Positions 9,813 through 18,667 of a stretch of DNA of 64,000 nucleotides are shown here, one piece after another. A program made the position numbers and the translations under genes. The notes under the pieces are model-generated. The model worked only from the letters and a program-made list of their open reading frames with translations. It was not told the origin of the DNA and did not search any database. Numbering within the stretch: the first letter of the stretch is position 1; every line of letters starts with the position of its first letter. Source of the DNA: Spirochaetia bacterium. Its GTDB lineage: Bacteria; Spirochaetota; Spirochaetia; UBA9216. The stretch is taken from the NCBI GenBank assembly GCA_963677925.2, contig CAXXYH010000003.1, positions 1,056,001 to 1,120,000 on the forward strand, read 5' to 3'.

Positions 9813-10454
9813 TTATTTCTTTGCTGATCTTATAAGACCGGTCTTTGCGATTCGTCCTGCAAGGAAATAGCCGAGTAGACCGCTGAATACAGCACCTGAA
9901 ATCATATTGACAGGAACGGCAATCCAGACATCCTTTGAATAGGCGGGATCCCATCCGTAGAAAACAGAACTCCACAGTGTACCGAACTGTGAGGATGCAA
10001 TACCTGCCATCAGTGCTGTCATAAGGCCGAAGCGTGAATAAGCGGTAATAATAAGTATGACCTCAATAGCAAGGCCCTGTGAGATACCCCATCCGAGGGT
10101 TCCGATTCCGGCAGCATTGCCCAGAAGAACTTCTGTGGCAGCTTCGATAATACCGAAAGCAAGTGCAACACCGGGCTTTCTTACCATAAATACAGCAAGT
10201 ATATATGCCCACATGAACATTCCCTGAATCAGGGCTCCGCCCAGAGGTCCGAGTGAAGTGTTGGCAAGATACCAGATGTTGCCGACACCAGTATTGATTA
10301 CACCCGCAATTGCAGCAAGTACCGCAACTACAACAAGGTTCCGTGTGGAATATCCACCCTTCTCTTTTTCAAAGACATTCTTGTCCGTGAGTCTGGCAAC
10401 CAGCCCAAGGACAACCAGGACCGCAACGTTAAAAACCGTGTACAGAGCCATCAT
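9813..10454 (-). CDS. ECF transporter substrate-specific S component (YkoE-like)
   Basis: About 6-7 TM helices, VRKPGVAL and QGLAIE motifs; adjacent to ECF A and T genes. Confidence 0.82.
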   Translation of the reverse strand: MMALYTVFNVAVLVVLGLVARLTDKNVFEKEKGGYSTRNLVVVAVLAAIAGVINTGVGNIWYLANTSLGPLGGALIQGMFMWAYILAVFMVRKPGVALAFGIIEAATEVLLGNAAGIGTLGWGISQGLAIEVILIITAYSRFGLMTALMAGIASSQFGTLWSSVFYGWDPAYSKDVWIAVPVNMISGAVFSGLLGYFLAGRIAKTGLIRSAKK

Positions 10455-10465
10455 TTTCTCCTGTT

Positions 10466-11833
10466 CTATAATTTTAAGCCGATATCGGCTAATTCTGCCT
10501 TTACTTCTTCATAGATGGAAAGCCATTCGGCTTTCGGCTCGCAGGTATCCATATCATAAGCTTCATCGAACGGGAGCCCGGGATTTCCGCCTTTTTTTTC
10601 AAATACAAACTCGTACCTTGAAAGAAGTTCCAGAATAATCCTGTTGCCTTCCTTAAAGTCTATCCGCTGCCCTGTAACCGCATGACCGGTTTCTCCCATC
10701 ACACGAACTTCAATACCCGTTCCGTGAGGAACACTGCCGTCAGCGGAACCGACACCTTCCAGATGCCCTCCAGCCACTGTAAGGGTAACGGCATTGGCGG
10801 CAACCTCATACAGAACTTCTTTTGTCATTGCTCCGCTCTTGGGATATATATCACCGACAATAATTGCAGGGGCGTTCCGAGCAAAGGCCTGGCAGACCAT
10901 GCTCTGAAGCCACATGCAGCCGCGGGCGGATGTAGCCACATACCTGATATGTATGGGGTGGCAGAGATGGTAGTCTGCAAGACAGATTATATTGGCTGCA
11001 AGAAAGGATGCTATCTGCACGACCGCAGCACCCGGAGCATCACCGGCAAGTCCGCCTACCATTACGGTAGCAAGCGAGGCATTAGCCATGCCGTAGTGCA
11101 CTGAATTTGCAGCCCGCAGCATATTACCGCGGTCTATCATAAGCTCATTGTACATTGCAACGAGGTGTGAATCGCAGGGTCTGAGAAGTTCAGGATGCGC
11201 TGATGCCAGGTCGCCTATTTCGGTGACACTGCTTTCAGCACCGAGCATTCCGATACCGGGGCGGCCGCATTCCTCGCGGACTTCCTTCAGAATTGAAAGT
11301 TCCCGTTTGGAGGCGTAGAGTTCGCTGACTTCGCCTGAACGCACCTGGACTCCGTCTACATCGATGAGGGAGCCGCAGGTAATCAGATCTACAACAGGCT
11401 CCTTTGTCCAGCTTTTCACAGTTGCCTTGAAAACGCGTTCGGGAGTCGGCGCACCGGGATTTCCGGCCCACACTGCGGGCGGACGCTCATCAAGGGGTTT
11501 TCTCGGGTGCAGTGTATATGCCTGTTCGCCCTCACCCATCACAAAAGATTTGTTCATAGCCTTCGCAGCAGAGTCTATTTCTTCCGCGGAAAGCTCCAGC
11601 ACAGTACCTTCTGACAGGTAGTATATTCCGGTATCAAGCAGGAGTTCCCGACCGGCATTATAAAGTCTGTCGGCAAGTTCCGGGTTGTCTTCAAGAATTA
11701 ACTCGGGGTTCCAGCTTAAGCTGTACTTGTCTACAAGCTTCATAGCCTTTTCGACAATAAGAAAATCCCAGTCATTTTTTGACATCTTTCTGCCTTTTAA
11801 GGCACGTTCAGATATTTCAAGGTAATTAATCAT
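10466..11833 (-). CDS. Monomethylamine:corrinoid methyltransferase (MtmB) family homologue, pyrrolysine-free
   Basis: Colinear with Methanosarcina MtmB as recalled: ERALKG..WD, GRPGIGMLGAESS vs GRPGMGV(Pyl)GPETS, DSH..NEL, IHIRY, TGIEVRVMGE, F.EAYD..T.EP. Start ATG 11833. Confidence 0.85.
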   Translation of the reverse strand: MINYLEISERALKGRKMSKNDWDFLIVEKAMKLVDKYSLSWNPELILEDNPELADRLYNAGRELLLDTGIYYLSEGTVLELSAEEIDSAAKAMNKSFVMGEGEQAYTLHPRKPLDERPPAVWAGNPGAPTPERVFKATVKSWTKEPVVDLITCGSLIDVDGVQVRSGEVSELYASKRELSILKEVREECGRPGIGMLGAESSVTEIGDLASAHPELLRPCDSHLVAMYNELMIDRGNMLRAANSVHYGMANASLATVMVGGLAGDAPGAAVVQIASFLAANIICLADYHLCHPIHIRYVATSARGCMWLQSMVCQAFARNAPAIIVGDIYPKSGAMTKEVLYEVAANAVTLTVAGGHLEGVGSADGSVPHGTGIEVRVMGETGHAVTGQRIDFKEGNRIILELLSRYEFVFEKKGGNPGLPFDEAYDMDTCEPKAEWLSIYEEVKAELADIGLKL

Positions 11834-12010
11834 AATTCCACCGTACAGGCTGGTACGGATTAAAGAAAGGAAAGAACAAGAAGATAATTCCACCGCAGCA
11901 GCCTAAAAATAAATTTATTTTACAGCTTGCGCGACCGCGGCACCTCACAGATTTTTTCTGAATCGGTACGAACAGGCTTCCCGTCCTCAATGTCTGCGCA
12001 TGGAATTTTC
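11832..12010 (-). ncRNA. Candidate cis-regulatory structured RNA leader (class unassigned)
   Basis: 11994-12007 can pair with 11886-11898 to close several internal hairpins. The 3' strand is repeated at the RBS/start (ATAATTCCACCG at 11832-11843 and 11884-11895). Confidence 0.45.
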
Positions 12011-12016
12011 TGCACC

Positions 12017-12042
12017 CGCAATTATTTCAATAAATAATTGCG
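12017..12042. repeat. Perfect 11-bp inverted repeat (operator or hairpin)
   Basis: CGCAATTATTT-CAAT-AAATAATTGCG. Confidence 0.7.
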
Positions 12043-12131
12043 AAACCAAAGTATAAATAGCAGATTAATTGTTTTTATTCAATAGTCGCACCTTATATTC
12101 AGCTTAAAAAAACTTAACATACCCGAAACTT

Positions 12132-12335
12132 TCAGATGTCGATGCTGATAACATGGGATTTTTTGGGAATCGGATAGCGCTTATCAGGACTTAGATAGAT
12201 TTCTACAGCTTCTTTTATTTTTTTACATACGGCTTCTTCGGAATCAGCATAACAAATACATCCCGGAAGCTCCGGGCAGACGGCATCGTATGAACCTGTT
12301 TTCTCATCAAACTTTACTACTACACGAATTTGCAT
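12132..12335 (-). CDS. HicB-family antitoxin-like protein (short, orphan)
   Basis: Y.A.CPELPGC...A.S.EE....IKEAVEIYL pattern; no HicA ORF adjacent. Confidence 0.8.
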   Translation of the reverse strand: MQIRVVVKFDEKTGSYDAVCPELPGCICYADSEEAVCKKIKEAVEIYLSPDKRYPIPKKSHVISIDI

Positions 12336-12439
12336 AAGTTTCCCTGACCAAAATCATTAAGTAAAATGAGTACCTTGCTTTTGTACCTTTAATTCTATGG
12401 ATTTTTATCAGGTATGCAAATTTCTGCAGTGAAAAGTTC

Positions 12440-12664
12440 TCACCCCCCTCCGACAGGAGGGAAGAGAGACACAATATCTGTTGAAGTGAGCGCCCTGTCC
12501 ATAGTTCCGGTTCTTCCATTAATCAGAAGAATCGCAACCTCCTCTTTCGGAATATCCAGTTTTTCAATGATATCCCGGACAGTAGCTCTTTCTTCAAAAT
12601 CCAGCTTTAGCTCTTTGCCCCGCCCATTTCGGAGTGTGGCAAAGAGCCTTACCGTTACAGTCAT
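12440..12664 (-). CDS. moaD: MoaD/ThiS sulfur-carrier protein
   Basis: Ubiquitin-like size, VRLFATLR start, ends FPPVGGG; overlaps the aor stop. Confidence 0.9.
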   Translation of the reverse strand: MTVTVRLFATLRNGRGKELKLDFEERATVRDIIEKLDIPKEEVAILLINGRTGTMDRALTSTDIVSLFPPVGGG

Positions 12665-14469
12665 AGGACTGCAGAAAGCTTAATACCCAGAGACTCAACT
12701 CTTTCAGCAGTAGGTATTCCGTCAGAGCCCCAGCCCCGAAGATTATAATATTCGGGAAGAAGATCAGATAACTTGTGTGTCCATCCCTTCGATGGGCCGT
12801 CCGGGATTTCTTCTGTTAGCAGTCTTTTCGGAAGAGTATCCTGTGAGGGCTCGATTCCCGCCTTAAGATTGTATATTCTTTCTATATTATATATGCGTTC
12901 ACCGGCTGCAAGTATATCCTCGGCAGACCAGCCGGTCCCGAGAACTGCATTCAGCATATCCGCATAGTCACCGGCACCCATTGCAAATGAAGTAAACAGA
13001 CAGAGTCCTGATGAATCAATCAGGGCAGTAAGGTCCTGGAAGATCTTTGCCCAGGAAGCCTTGCCCTCAAGCTTGAAACGGTCCAGAGCCTCCGGCAGTC
13101 CGAGTATCTCCGGAGAAATAAGGTAGCCGCGGACATGGCAGCCGCCTCTGTTTGATGTTGCATACTGCAGACCCTGGCCCTGGATACCGCGTGGATCATA
13201 TGCAGGAATCTCCTGCTTCTTAACAGACATGGAAAGTTCCGGGACTCCGTATGATTCGGTCAGTCTGTAGGAACCCAGAGCCATCCTGGCTCCAAAGCCT
13301 TTTCCTCTACCCATGCGTTTAGTCCACTCAACAACAGCCTCTGCATCACCGAATTTTAAGGAAACACCATCAAGCTCGGATTCATCAATATATCCCTTCT
13401 GGTAAAGTTCCATAGCCGCAGCTATTGTAGCACCGGCAGAAATTGTATCCATACCTGTTTCATTGCACCAGTAGTTGGCCTTGATTACCGCACCCATATC
13501 CGAAACCCCACAGTCTCCGCCGAAGGCCCAGACGGTTTCATATTCCGGTCCGCCGCCCTCAATATCATCAGCCTTGCAGTATCTGCCGCAGGCAATCGGA
13601 CATCGGTAGCAGGGGTCTTTCTTGACCAGGTAGCTTTCAGACATTGTTTCACCGCTGATTTCTTCAGCTTCAGCAAACTGTGATGTCTGAAAATTGTTCG
13701 TAGGAAATACCCCGTTTTCATTAATAATATTTACAAGAACAGCTGTCCCGTAGGTCGGAAGGCCCTGACCGGTAACACCGTTTTCCTTTATCTGCTTCAT
13801 GCATCTTTTATTAACTTCTTTTAGAGCAGCTTCATCGGCTACAGAGGGTTTAGCTGAGCCTTTCACAGTTATTGCTTTAAGATTTTTGGAACCCATTACA
13901 GCCCCGACACCTGAGCGGCCCGCAGCCCTCCAGAGGTCATTCATGATTGCGGCGATTGGTGAAAGGTTCTCACCAGCAGGTCCTATTGTCATGACCTTTG
14001 CTTTTGCAGGTATTTCCTTCTGCAGCGCTTCGGTCGTTTCAGATACCAGCTTTCCCCAGAGATGTCCGGCATCCCTTATCTCAACACTATCATCTTCAAT
14101 AGCAATATAAACAGGCTTTTCAGCTTTTCCTTCAATTATGATGGCATCATAACCGGCAAACTTAAGCTCGGCACCCCAGTACCCTCCGGAATTGGATGAT
14201 GCTATAGTTCCTGTAAGCGGTGATTTAGTTACAACCATATAGCGGCCGCCGGTTGGTGTAGGTGTGCCTGTGAGCGGTCCGGTAACAACCATCAGTTTGT
14301 TTTCAGCTGAGAGGGCATCAACTTCCGGAGAAGTCTCCTTTGTCATCAGGTATGTACCCAGCCCCCTGCCGCCTATATATTTCAAGGCGGCCTCATGATC
14401 AAGTTTTTCAGTTGATACTGCCCCGGTACTGAGATCTATCCGAAGAATCTTTCCTGTATATCCGTTCAT
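12661..14469 (-). CDS. aor: Tungsten-dependent aldehyde:ferredoxin oxidoreductase
   Basis: GYTGKILRIDL, YIGGRGLG, KSPLTG, AAGRSGVGAVMGSKNLKAI, CYRCPIACG, GPEYET, YDPRG and NRGGCH. Confidence 0.95.
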   Translation of the reverse strand: MNGYTGKILRIDLSTGAVSTEKLDHEAALKYIGGRGLGTYLMTKETSPEVDALSAENKLMVVTGPLTGTPTPTGGRYMVVTKSPLTGTIASSNSGGYWGAELKFAGYDAIIIEGKAEKPVYIAIEDDSVEIRDAGHLWGKLVSETTEALQKEIPAKAKVMTIGPAGENLSPIAAIMNDLWRAAGRSGVGAVMGSKNLKAITVKGSAKPSVADEAALKEVNKRCMKQIKENGVTGQGLPTYGTAVLVNIINENGVFPTNNFQTSQFAEAEEISGETMSESYLVKKDPCYRCPIACGRYCKADDIEGGGPEYETVWAFGGDCGVSDMGAVIKANYWCNETGMDTISAGATIAAAMELYQKGYIDESELDGVSLKFGDAEAVVEWTKRMGRGKGFGARMALGSYRLTESYGVPELSMSVKKQEIPAYDPRGIQGQGLQYATSNRGGCHVRGYLISPEILGLPEALDRFKLEGKASWAKIFQDLTALIDSSGLCLFTSFAMGAGDYADMLNAVLGTGWSAEDILAAGERIYNIERIYNLKAGIEPSQDTLPKRLLTEEIPDGPSKGWTHKLSDLLPEYYNLRGWGSDGIPTAERVESLGIKLSAVL

Positions 14470-14503
14470 AATCTCTCCTCTTTAGTTTTATCAGCAGATA
14501 TAT

Positions 14504-14520
14504 CGCAATTATCATGCCAA
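14504..14520 (-). promoter_or_regulatory. sigma54 (-24/-12) promoter of aor-moaD
   Basis: Minus strand TTGGCATGATAATTGCG, with exact GG-N10-GC spacing; a bEBP gene lies directly upstream. Confidence 0.88.
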
Positions 14521-14612
14521 TTGCGAATTAAGGCCTGATTCTGGTGGGATACAGTAATTCTTATCAGAGTTTGTGTGATATAAAGTGTGTATTACGGGAT
14601 TATTTACGTATG

Positions 14613-14706
14613 TGTTCCAAAAGAGGACATACAGAGGCTGTAATCAAAGAATTTATCTGTTCCTGCATGGAACAGATAAAAAGCGGAAGTGTTCCATATC
14701 AGAACA
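14613..14706. promoter_or_regulatory. Three putative upstream activator sites TGTTCC-N5-RGRACA
   Basis: 14613-14629, 14658-14674 (inside a perfect 12-bp-arm palindrome, 14652-14680) and 14690-14706; about 90-190 bp upstream of the sigma54 site. Confidence 0.7.
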
Positions 14707-14717
14707 CCCGGGCTTTT

Positions 14718-16616
14718 TCAGACGTATCTGATTCCGTAGTTTTTCATCTTCCGATAGAGAGTATTTCTTCCGATTCTGAGATATCTGGCGGAAACCGAGA
14801 TGTTATAGTCATTTTCCTCAAGAACTTTCTCAATATGGTTTTTCTCAATTGCCTCCAGGGCTTCGGGACCGTGCCCTTCCTGCGGGGTTTCAATTTCAGA
14901 ACAGGAACCTCCCTGCATCAGAGGGAATGAGGCAGGAACCTTTTCATAGTTGATAATAAGCTCTACAAGGTTTTCAAGTTCGCGTATATTTCCCGGCCAG
15001 TCATAACTGCACAGGAGCTGAAGATTATCTCCTGCAAGCTTGACCTCGCGTTTGTTCAGTTTTTTGGAGATCTTTCTGCTGTAATGCTCGATGAGCAGTG
15101 GAATGTCCTCACGGCGCCGACGCAGAGACGGAAGAGTGATCGGCAGAACATTCAATCTGTAAAACAGATCCTTCCGGAACGCGCCGTCATTAACTTCATC
15201 AATCAGATTTTTATTGGTTGCTGCAATAATTCTTACATCAACAGGTGTATAATTATTGCTGCCGACCCTGCTTACAACCCTGTCTTCCAGAACCCGCAGC
15301 AGTTTGACCTGCATATCAAGCGGCATCTCGCCGATTTCATCAAGAAAAAGGGTTCCTCCGTCTGCAATTTCAAACTTGCCGGCCTGCCCGCCTTTCTTGG
15401 CACCGGTAAACGCTCCTTCATTGTATCCGAAAAGTTCAGACTCGATCAGGGTTCTTGGTATGGCACCGCAGTTAAGAACAACAAAAGCTTCATCTCTTCG
15501 ACTGCTTTCATTATGGATAGACTGGGCAAATATCTCTTTACCGGTACCGCTTTCGCCGGTTATTAGAATGGTAGAGTTGCTGTCTGCCACCTGCCTTGCA
15601 AAAGATACAGCTTCCGTAAAAGCCTTTGAACAGCCTATCATCTTATCGAAGGTATACACCGCCTTTCGCCCGATTATTTCATTCGCATGCCTGCGAACAC
15701 GTTTTATATCTTTAACAACAATAATCAGAGCACTCAGCGTCCCGTCATTGTAGCTGACTGGATATACATTCAGATTAAAGTAGACCTTGTTTGCTTTGAC
15801 ATTAAAAACGACATCACGGTTCTGAAACTCTTCATCAGCCATGACTGCCTTAAAAACTTCGTTCCATGACGGAATCAGGTTACGCACATTTGATGAGAGT
15901 AAACCCCGCTTATCCATTCCGAGCAGCTCTACTACCCTGCTGTTTACCGTAAGAACCCGGCCGTCTAAACCGCATGAAAGGATTCCGGCATCTATTGAAT
16001 CGATCAGTTTTTCACTGAAAAGCTTGCTCTGCATAAGCTGGGCATTAGTACTGTTAAGACGGAGGTTTTTTTCAATAGCATTAACAGCGGCGACAACCAT
16101 CCCAAGTGTGTGCTTATGCACATTCTCAATAGCACCCGTCAGGTCAAGCGCTCCGATGACACGGCCGTGCTGATCATGGATGGGAGCGCCTGAGCAGGTC
16201 CATCGAAAGTACTGTTCGATATAATGCTCATCTCCTGAAACCTGAACCGGAAGATCCTCGGCAAGAGCGGTTCCCATGGCATTTGTACCTATGTTACGCT
16301 CATTCATAAAGGCCCCGGGAACCATCTTCAGGGAGAAAGCATCCTGCATGATATCATCATCACCTATCACTTTTAAAATACAGCCTTCAGAATCAGTCAA
16401 GATTGAGAAAAAGCTGGTACCTTTCAGAAAATTGCATAGCTGGTCTACAAAGGGTTCCGCGATGGAAATCAGTTCCCTGTTCTCATACAGACGCTCTTCC
16501 AGTTCAGAGTCTGTGATGAATTTTCTGCTGTAAATCTGAGAGGTTTCCAGCCCGTAACTTCTGCATCGTTCTTTTGATCGGTGAATATAATCTTTTGCCA
16601 TGGTGACTAAAATCAT
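14718..16616 (-). CDS. sigma54-dependent enhancer-binding protein, GAF-PAS-AAA+-HTH (AcoR-like)
   Basis: [13 protein letters not shown] motif, [31 protein letters not shown] and a Fis-type HTH. Start uncertain (16601/16616/16640). Confidence 0.93.
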   Translation of the reverse strand: MILVTMAKDYIHRSKERCRSYGLETSQIYSRKFITDSELEERLYENRELISIAEPFVDQLCNFLKGTSFFSILTDSEGCILKVIGDDDIMQDAFSLKMVPGAFMNERNIGTNAMGTALAEDLPVQVSGDEHYIEQYFRWTCSGAPIHDQHGRVIGALDLTGAIENVHKHTLGMVVAAVNAIEKNLRLNSTNAQLMQSKLFSEKLIDSIDAGILSCGLDGRVLTVNSRVVELLGMDKRGLLSSNVRNLIPSWNEVFKAVMADEEFQNRDVVFNVKANKVYFNLNVYPVSYNDGTLSALIIVVKDIKRVRRHANEIIGRKAVYTFDKMIGCSKAFTEAVSFARQVADSNSTILITGESGTGKEIFAQSIHNESSRRDEAFVVLNCGAIPRTLIESELFGYNEGAFTGAKKGGQAGKFEIADGGTLFLDEIGEMPLDMQVKLLRVLEDRVVSRVGSNNYTPVDVRIIAATNKNLIDEVNDGAFRKDLFYRLNVLPITLPSLRRRREDIPLLIEHYSRKISKKLNKREVKLAGDNLQLLCSYDWPGNIRELENLVELIINYEKVPASFPLMQGGSCSEIETPQEGHGPEALEAIEKNHIEKVLEENDYNISVSARYLRIGRNTLYRKMKNYGIRYV

Positions 16617-16721
16617 ACTACCAGATTTCCAAAAAAACAATCTTTGATTCTATACATCTTAATAAGTTCTTTTTTTATCTATTTATGATGATAAATACTT
16701 GTCAATTTTAATAATCTATAA

Positions 16722-16751
16722 TAAATTGTACATGCATGCATGTACAATTTA
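16722..16751. promoter_or_regulatory. Perfect 30-bp palindrome; putative TetR-family operator
   Basis: TAAATTGTACATGCA|TGCATGTACAATTTA, between TATAAT (16717-16722) and the AGGAGA RBS. Confidence 0.75.
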
Positions 16752-16765
16752 ATCAGGAGAAACTC

Positions 16766-17155
16766 ATGAAAGTGAAAACTTTACACGCCCTGTCAGGGCT
16801 GGCTATAGCTGCGCTTCTGCTCATAGCCGGATGTACCAGCCTTAATCAAACTAAATCCATATGGGCTGACGGCAGTTATAAAGGGTCCGGAGAAGGTATA
16901 CACGGAACAATAGAGCTTACGGTTGTAATCTCAGACGGAAGTATATCTGAAATCACCATCGATCAGCAGCATGAAACCGAAGGAGTCTCGGAACTGGCTC
17001 TTGAAGAAATTCCGGCGGCAATTATTGATGCTCAGTCAGTTGAAGTAGATACGGTAGCCGGAGCATCTGTCACTTCGGGAGCTGTTATCGATGCAGTTTC
17101 ACAGGCACTCGCAGAAGCTGAAAAAGTGAAAAAAGAAGAACAGGAGATAAAATAA
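16766..17155 (+). CDS. FMN-binding domain lipoprotein (flavinylation target)
   Basis: IAGC lipobox, DGSYKGSGEG, and DTVAGASVTS flavinylation-type motif; AGGAGA precedes ATG 16766. Confidence 0.88.
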   Translation: MKVKTLHALSGLAIAALLLIAGCTSLNQTKSIWADGSYKGSGEGIHGTIELTVVISDGSISEITIDQQHETEGVSELALEEIPAAIIDAQSVEVDTVAGASVTSGAVIDAVSQALAEAEKVKKEEQEIK

Positions 17156-18576
17156 TGAAAAAAGCTTTGACAATATTATTAATTCTGGCCGCTATGGTAT
17201 CAGCCTGTACCAGCAGCAGTAATTCAGAAAAAGCAGTAACTGCAGGCAGTTACGATGTAATAGTTATAGGCGGAGGTGCAGCAGGACTGGCCGCTTCAAT
17301 TGAGGCTGCTGAAGCAGGAGCCACTGTCGCACTTCTTGAAAAGATGCCCATGGTTGGAGGCAGCACAGTGCTGTCAGGCGGAATAGTTTATGCAACCGGC
17401 TCAAGTATGCAGAAGGCGGCAGGTGTAGAGGACAATGTCGATGCACTTGTAAACTACTGGACAGAGAGAGCTGATGGACTAAATGATCCTGACTTTCTGA
17501 GATATGTGGCTGAGAGGTCCGGGCAGACTATCGACTGGCTCATAGATATGGGTGTGGAGTTTACCGGCCCTACCCCGTCAGGTACAAGCCCTGTGCTGAG
17601 GGCACATAACTCAACTACCCACGGAGCCGGACTCATAAATCCAATGAAAGCAAAAGCTGAATCGTTAGGAGTAGAGTTTTACACAAGGACTCCGGCTCAG
17701 CAGCTTTTAACCGAAGACGGCAGAATATCCGGAGTAACAGCAACAGACAAGGAAGGCAAAAAGCTCCTTTTTAAAACAAAATCTGTTGTACTTGCAACCG
17801 GAGGATTTGACCGGAATCCGGAGCTTGTAAAAAAATACGCACCGATTGCTGAAGGTCAGCCGAGTTTCGCAGGTTCAGGAAATAAGGGCGACGGTCTTAC
17901 AATGGCTCTGGAGCTTGATGCCGATGTTATTTCAAAAGGCGGTGTTATCGGATTCAGAGCCGTAGAGGGTGAACCGGCCTATACTACCGACATCTGTATG
18001 CTGATGTGGATGCCCTACCTTTATGTGAATATCCATGGAGAAAGATTTGTAAATGAAATGATTGACTACCCCCTGTTCTATGAAGAACTGGTGAAACAGG
18101 ATGAACAGGTTTCATATCTAATTTTTGACGGTAACACATATACCGAAACCCTCGATGCTGCAGTTGCCAAGGGTTCAGCATTTAAAGCAGACAGCCTTGA
18201 AGAGCTTGCAATGCAGGCAGGAATAGAACCTGAGGGTTTCATGAACACTGTAAACAATTACAATAGAATGATTGATGAAGGAATTGATACCGAATTCGGT
18301 AAGCCTGTGACCGGTTTTCCAAAAGTCGATAAACCGGGCTATTATGCTGTTAAAATCGTTCCTGCTATCCTGGGAACAATGTCCGGCATAAAGACTGATT
18401 TGGATACACGGGTGATTGATAAATCAGGAGATGCTATCCCTGGATTGTATGCAGCCGGTGAAGTGGCTAACGGAAGTTTTTTCAATAAAGTATATCCGGC
18501 AAGCGGAACATCCATCCAGATGTCTCTTACATTCGGACGAACTGCAGGCAGAAACGCCACAAAAAACAGTATTTAA
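17155..18576 (+). CDS. Flavocytochrome c / fumarate-reductase-superfamily flavoprotein, lipoprotein; substrate unknown
   Basis: VSAC lipobox, DVIVIGGGAAG, VVLATGGF, GNKGDG and IPGLYAAGE motifs. Confidence 0.88.
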   Translation: MKKALTILLILAAMVSACTSSSNSEKAVTAGSYDVIVIGGGAAGLAASIEAAEAGATVALLEKMPMVGGSTVLSGGIVYATGSSMQKAAGVEDNVDALVNYWTERADGLNDPDFLRYVAERSGQTIDWLIDMGVEFTGPTPSGTSPVLRAHNSTTHGAGLINPMKAKAESLGVEFYTRTPAQQLLTEDGRISGVTATDKEGKKLLFKTKSVVLATGGFDRNPELVKKYAPIAEGQPSFAGSGNKGDGLTMALELDADVISKGGVIGFRAVEGEPAYTTDICMLMWMPYLYVNIHGERFVNEMIDYPLFYEELVKQDEQVSYLIFDGNTYTETLDAAVAKGSAFKADSLEELAMQAGIEPEGFMNTVNNYNRMIDEGIDTEFGKPVTGFPKVDKPGYYAVKIVPAILGTMSGIKTDLDTRVIDKSGDAIPGLYAAGEVANGSFFNKVYPASGTSIQMSLTFGRTAGRNATKNSI

Positions 18577-18579
18577 TTT

Positions 18580-18622
18580 ATAAAGATGCCCGGTGGAATA
18601 ATATTTTACCGGGCATCTTTAT
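18580..18622 (+). terminator. Intrinsic terminator
   Basis: ATAAAGATGCCCGGT...ACCGGGCATCTTTAT inverted repeat right after the stop at 18576. Confidence 0.8.
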
Positions 18623-18667
18623 TCTATTCTCATCAGCTTATTTTTAAGTTATTATATATATAAAGTT

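Noticed and set aside
10466-11833. Pyrrolysine (UAG) recoding in the MtmB homologue
   Set aside because: The ORF is uninterrupted, the Pyl-equivalent codon encodes Leu, and no pyl genes are in the window.
11834-12050. Canonical TPP, SAM-I, THF, FMN or cobalamin riboswitch, or a T-box
   Set aside because: Core motifs (CUGAGA, AUCxAGAG, UUAAGUG, the AGYCAG B12 box, GGUGGxACC) were not found by eye. Kept only as an unassigned candidate.
12132-12335. Functional HicAB toxin-antitoxin pair
   Set aside because: No hicA ORF is seen in either flanking gap.
17155-18576. Fumarate reductase
   Set aside because: The segments carrying the catalytic His and Arg residues are substituted.
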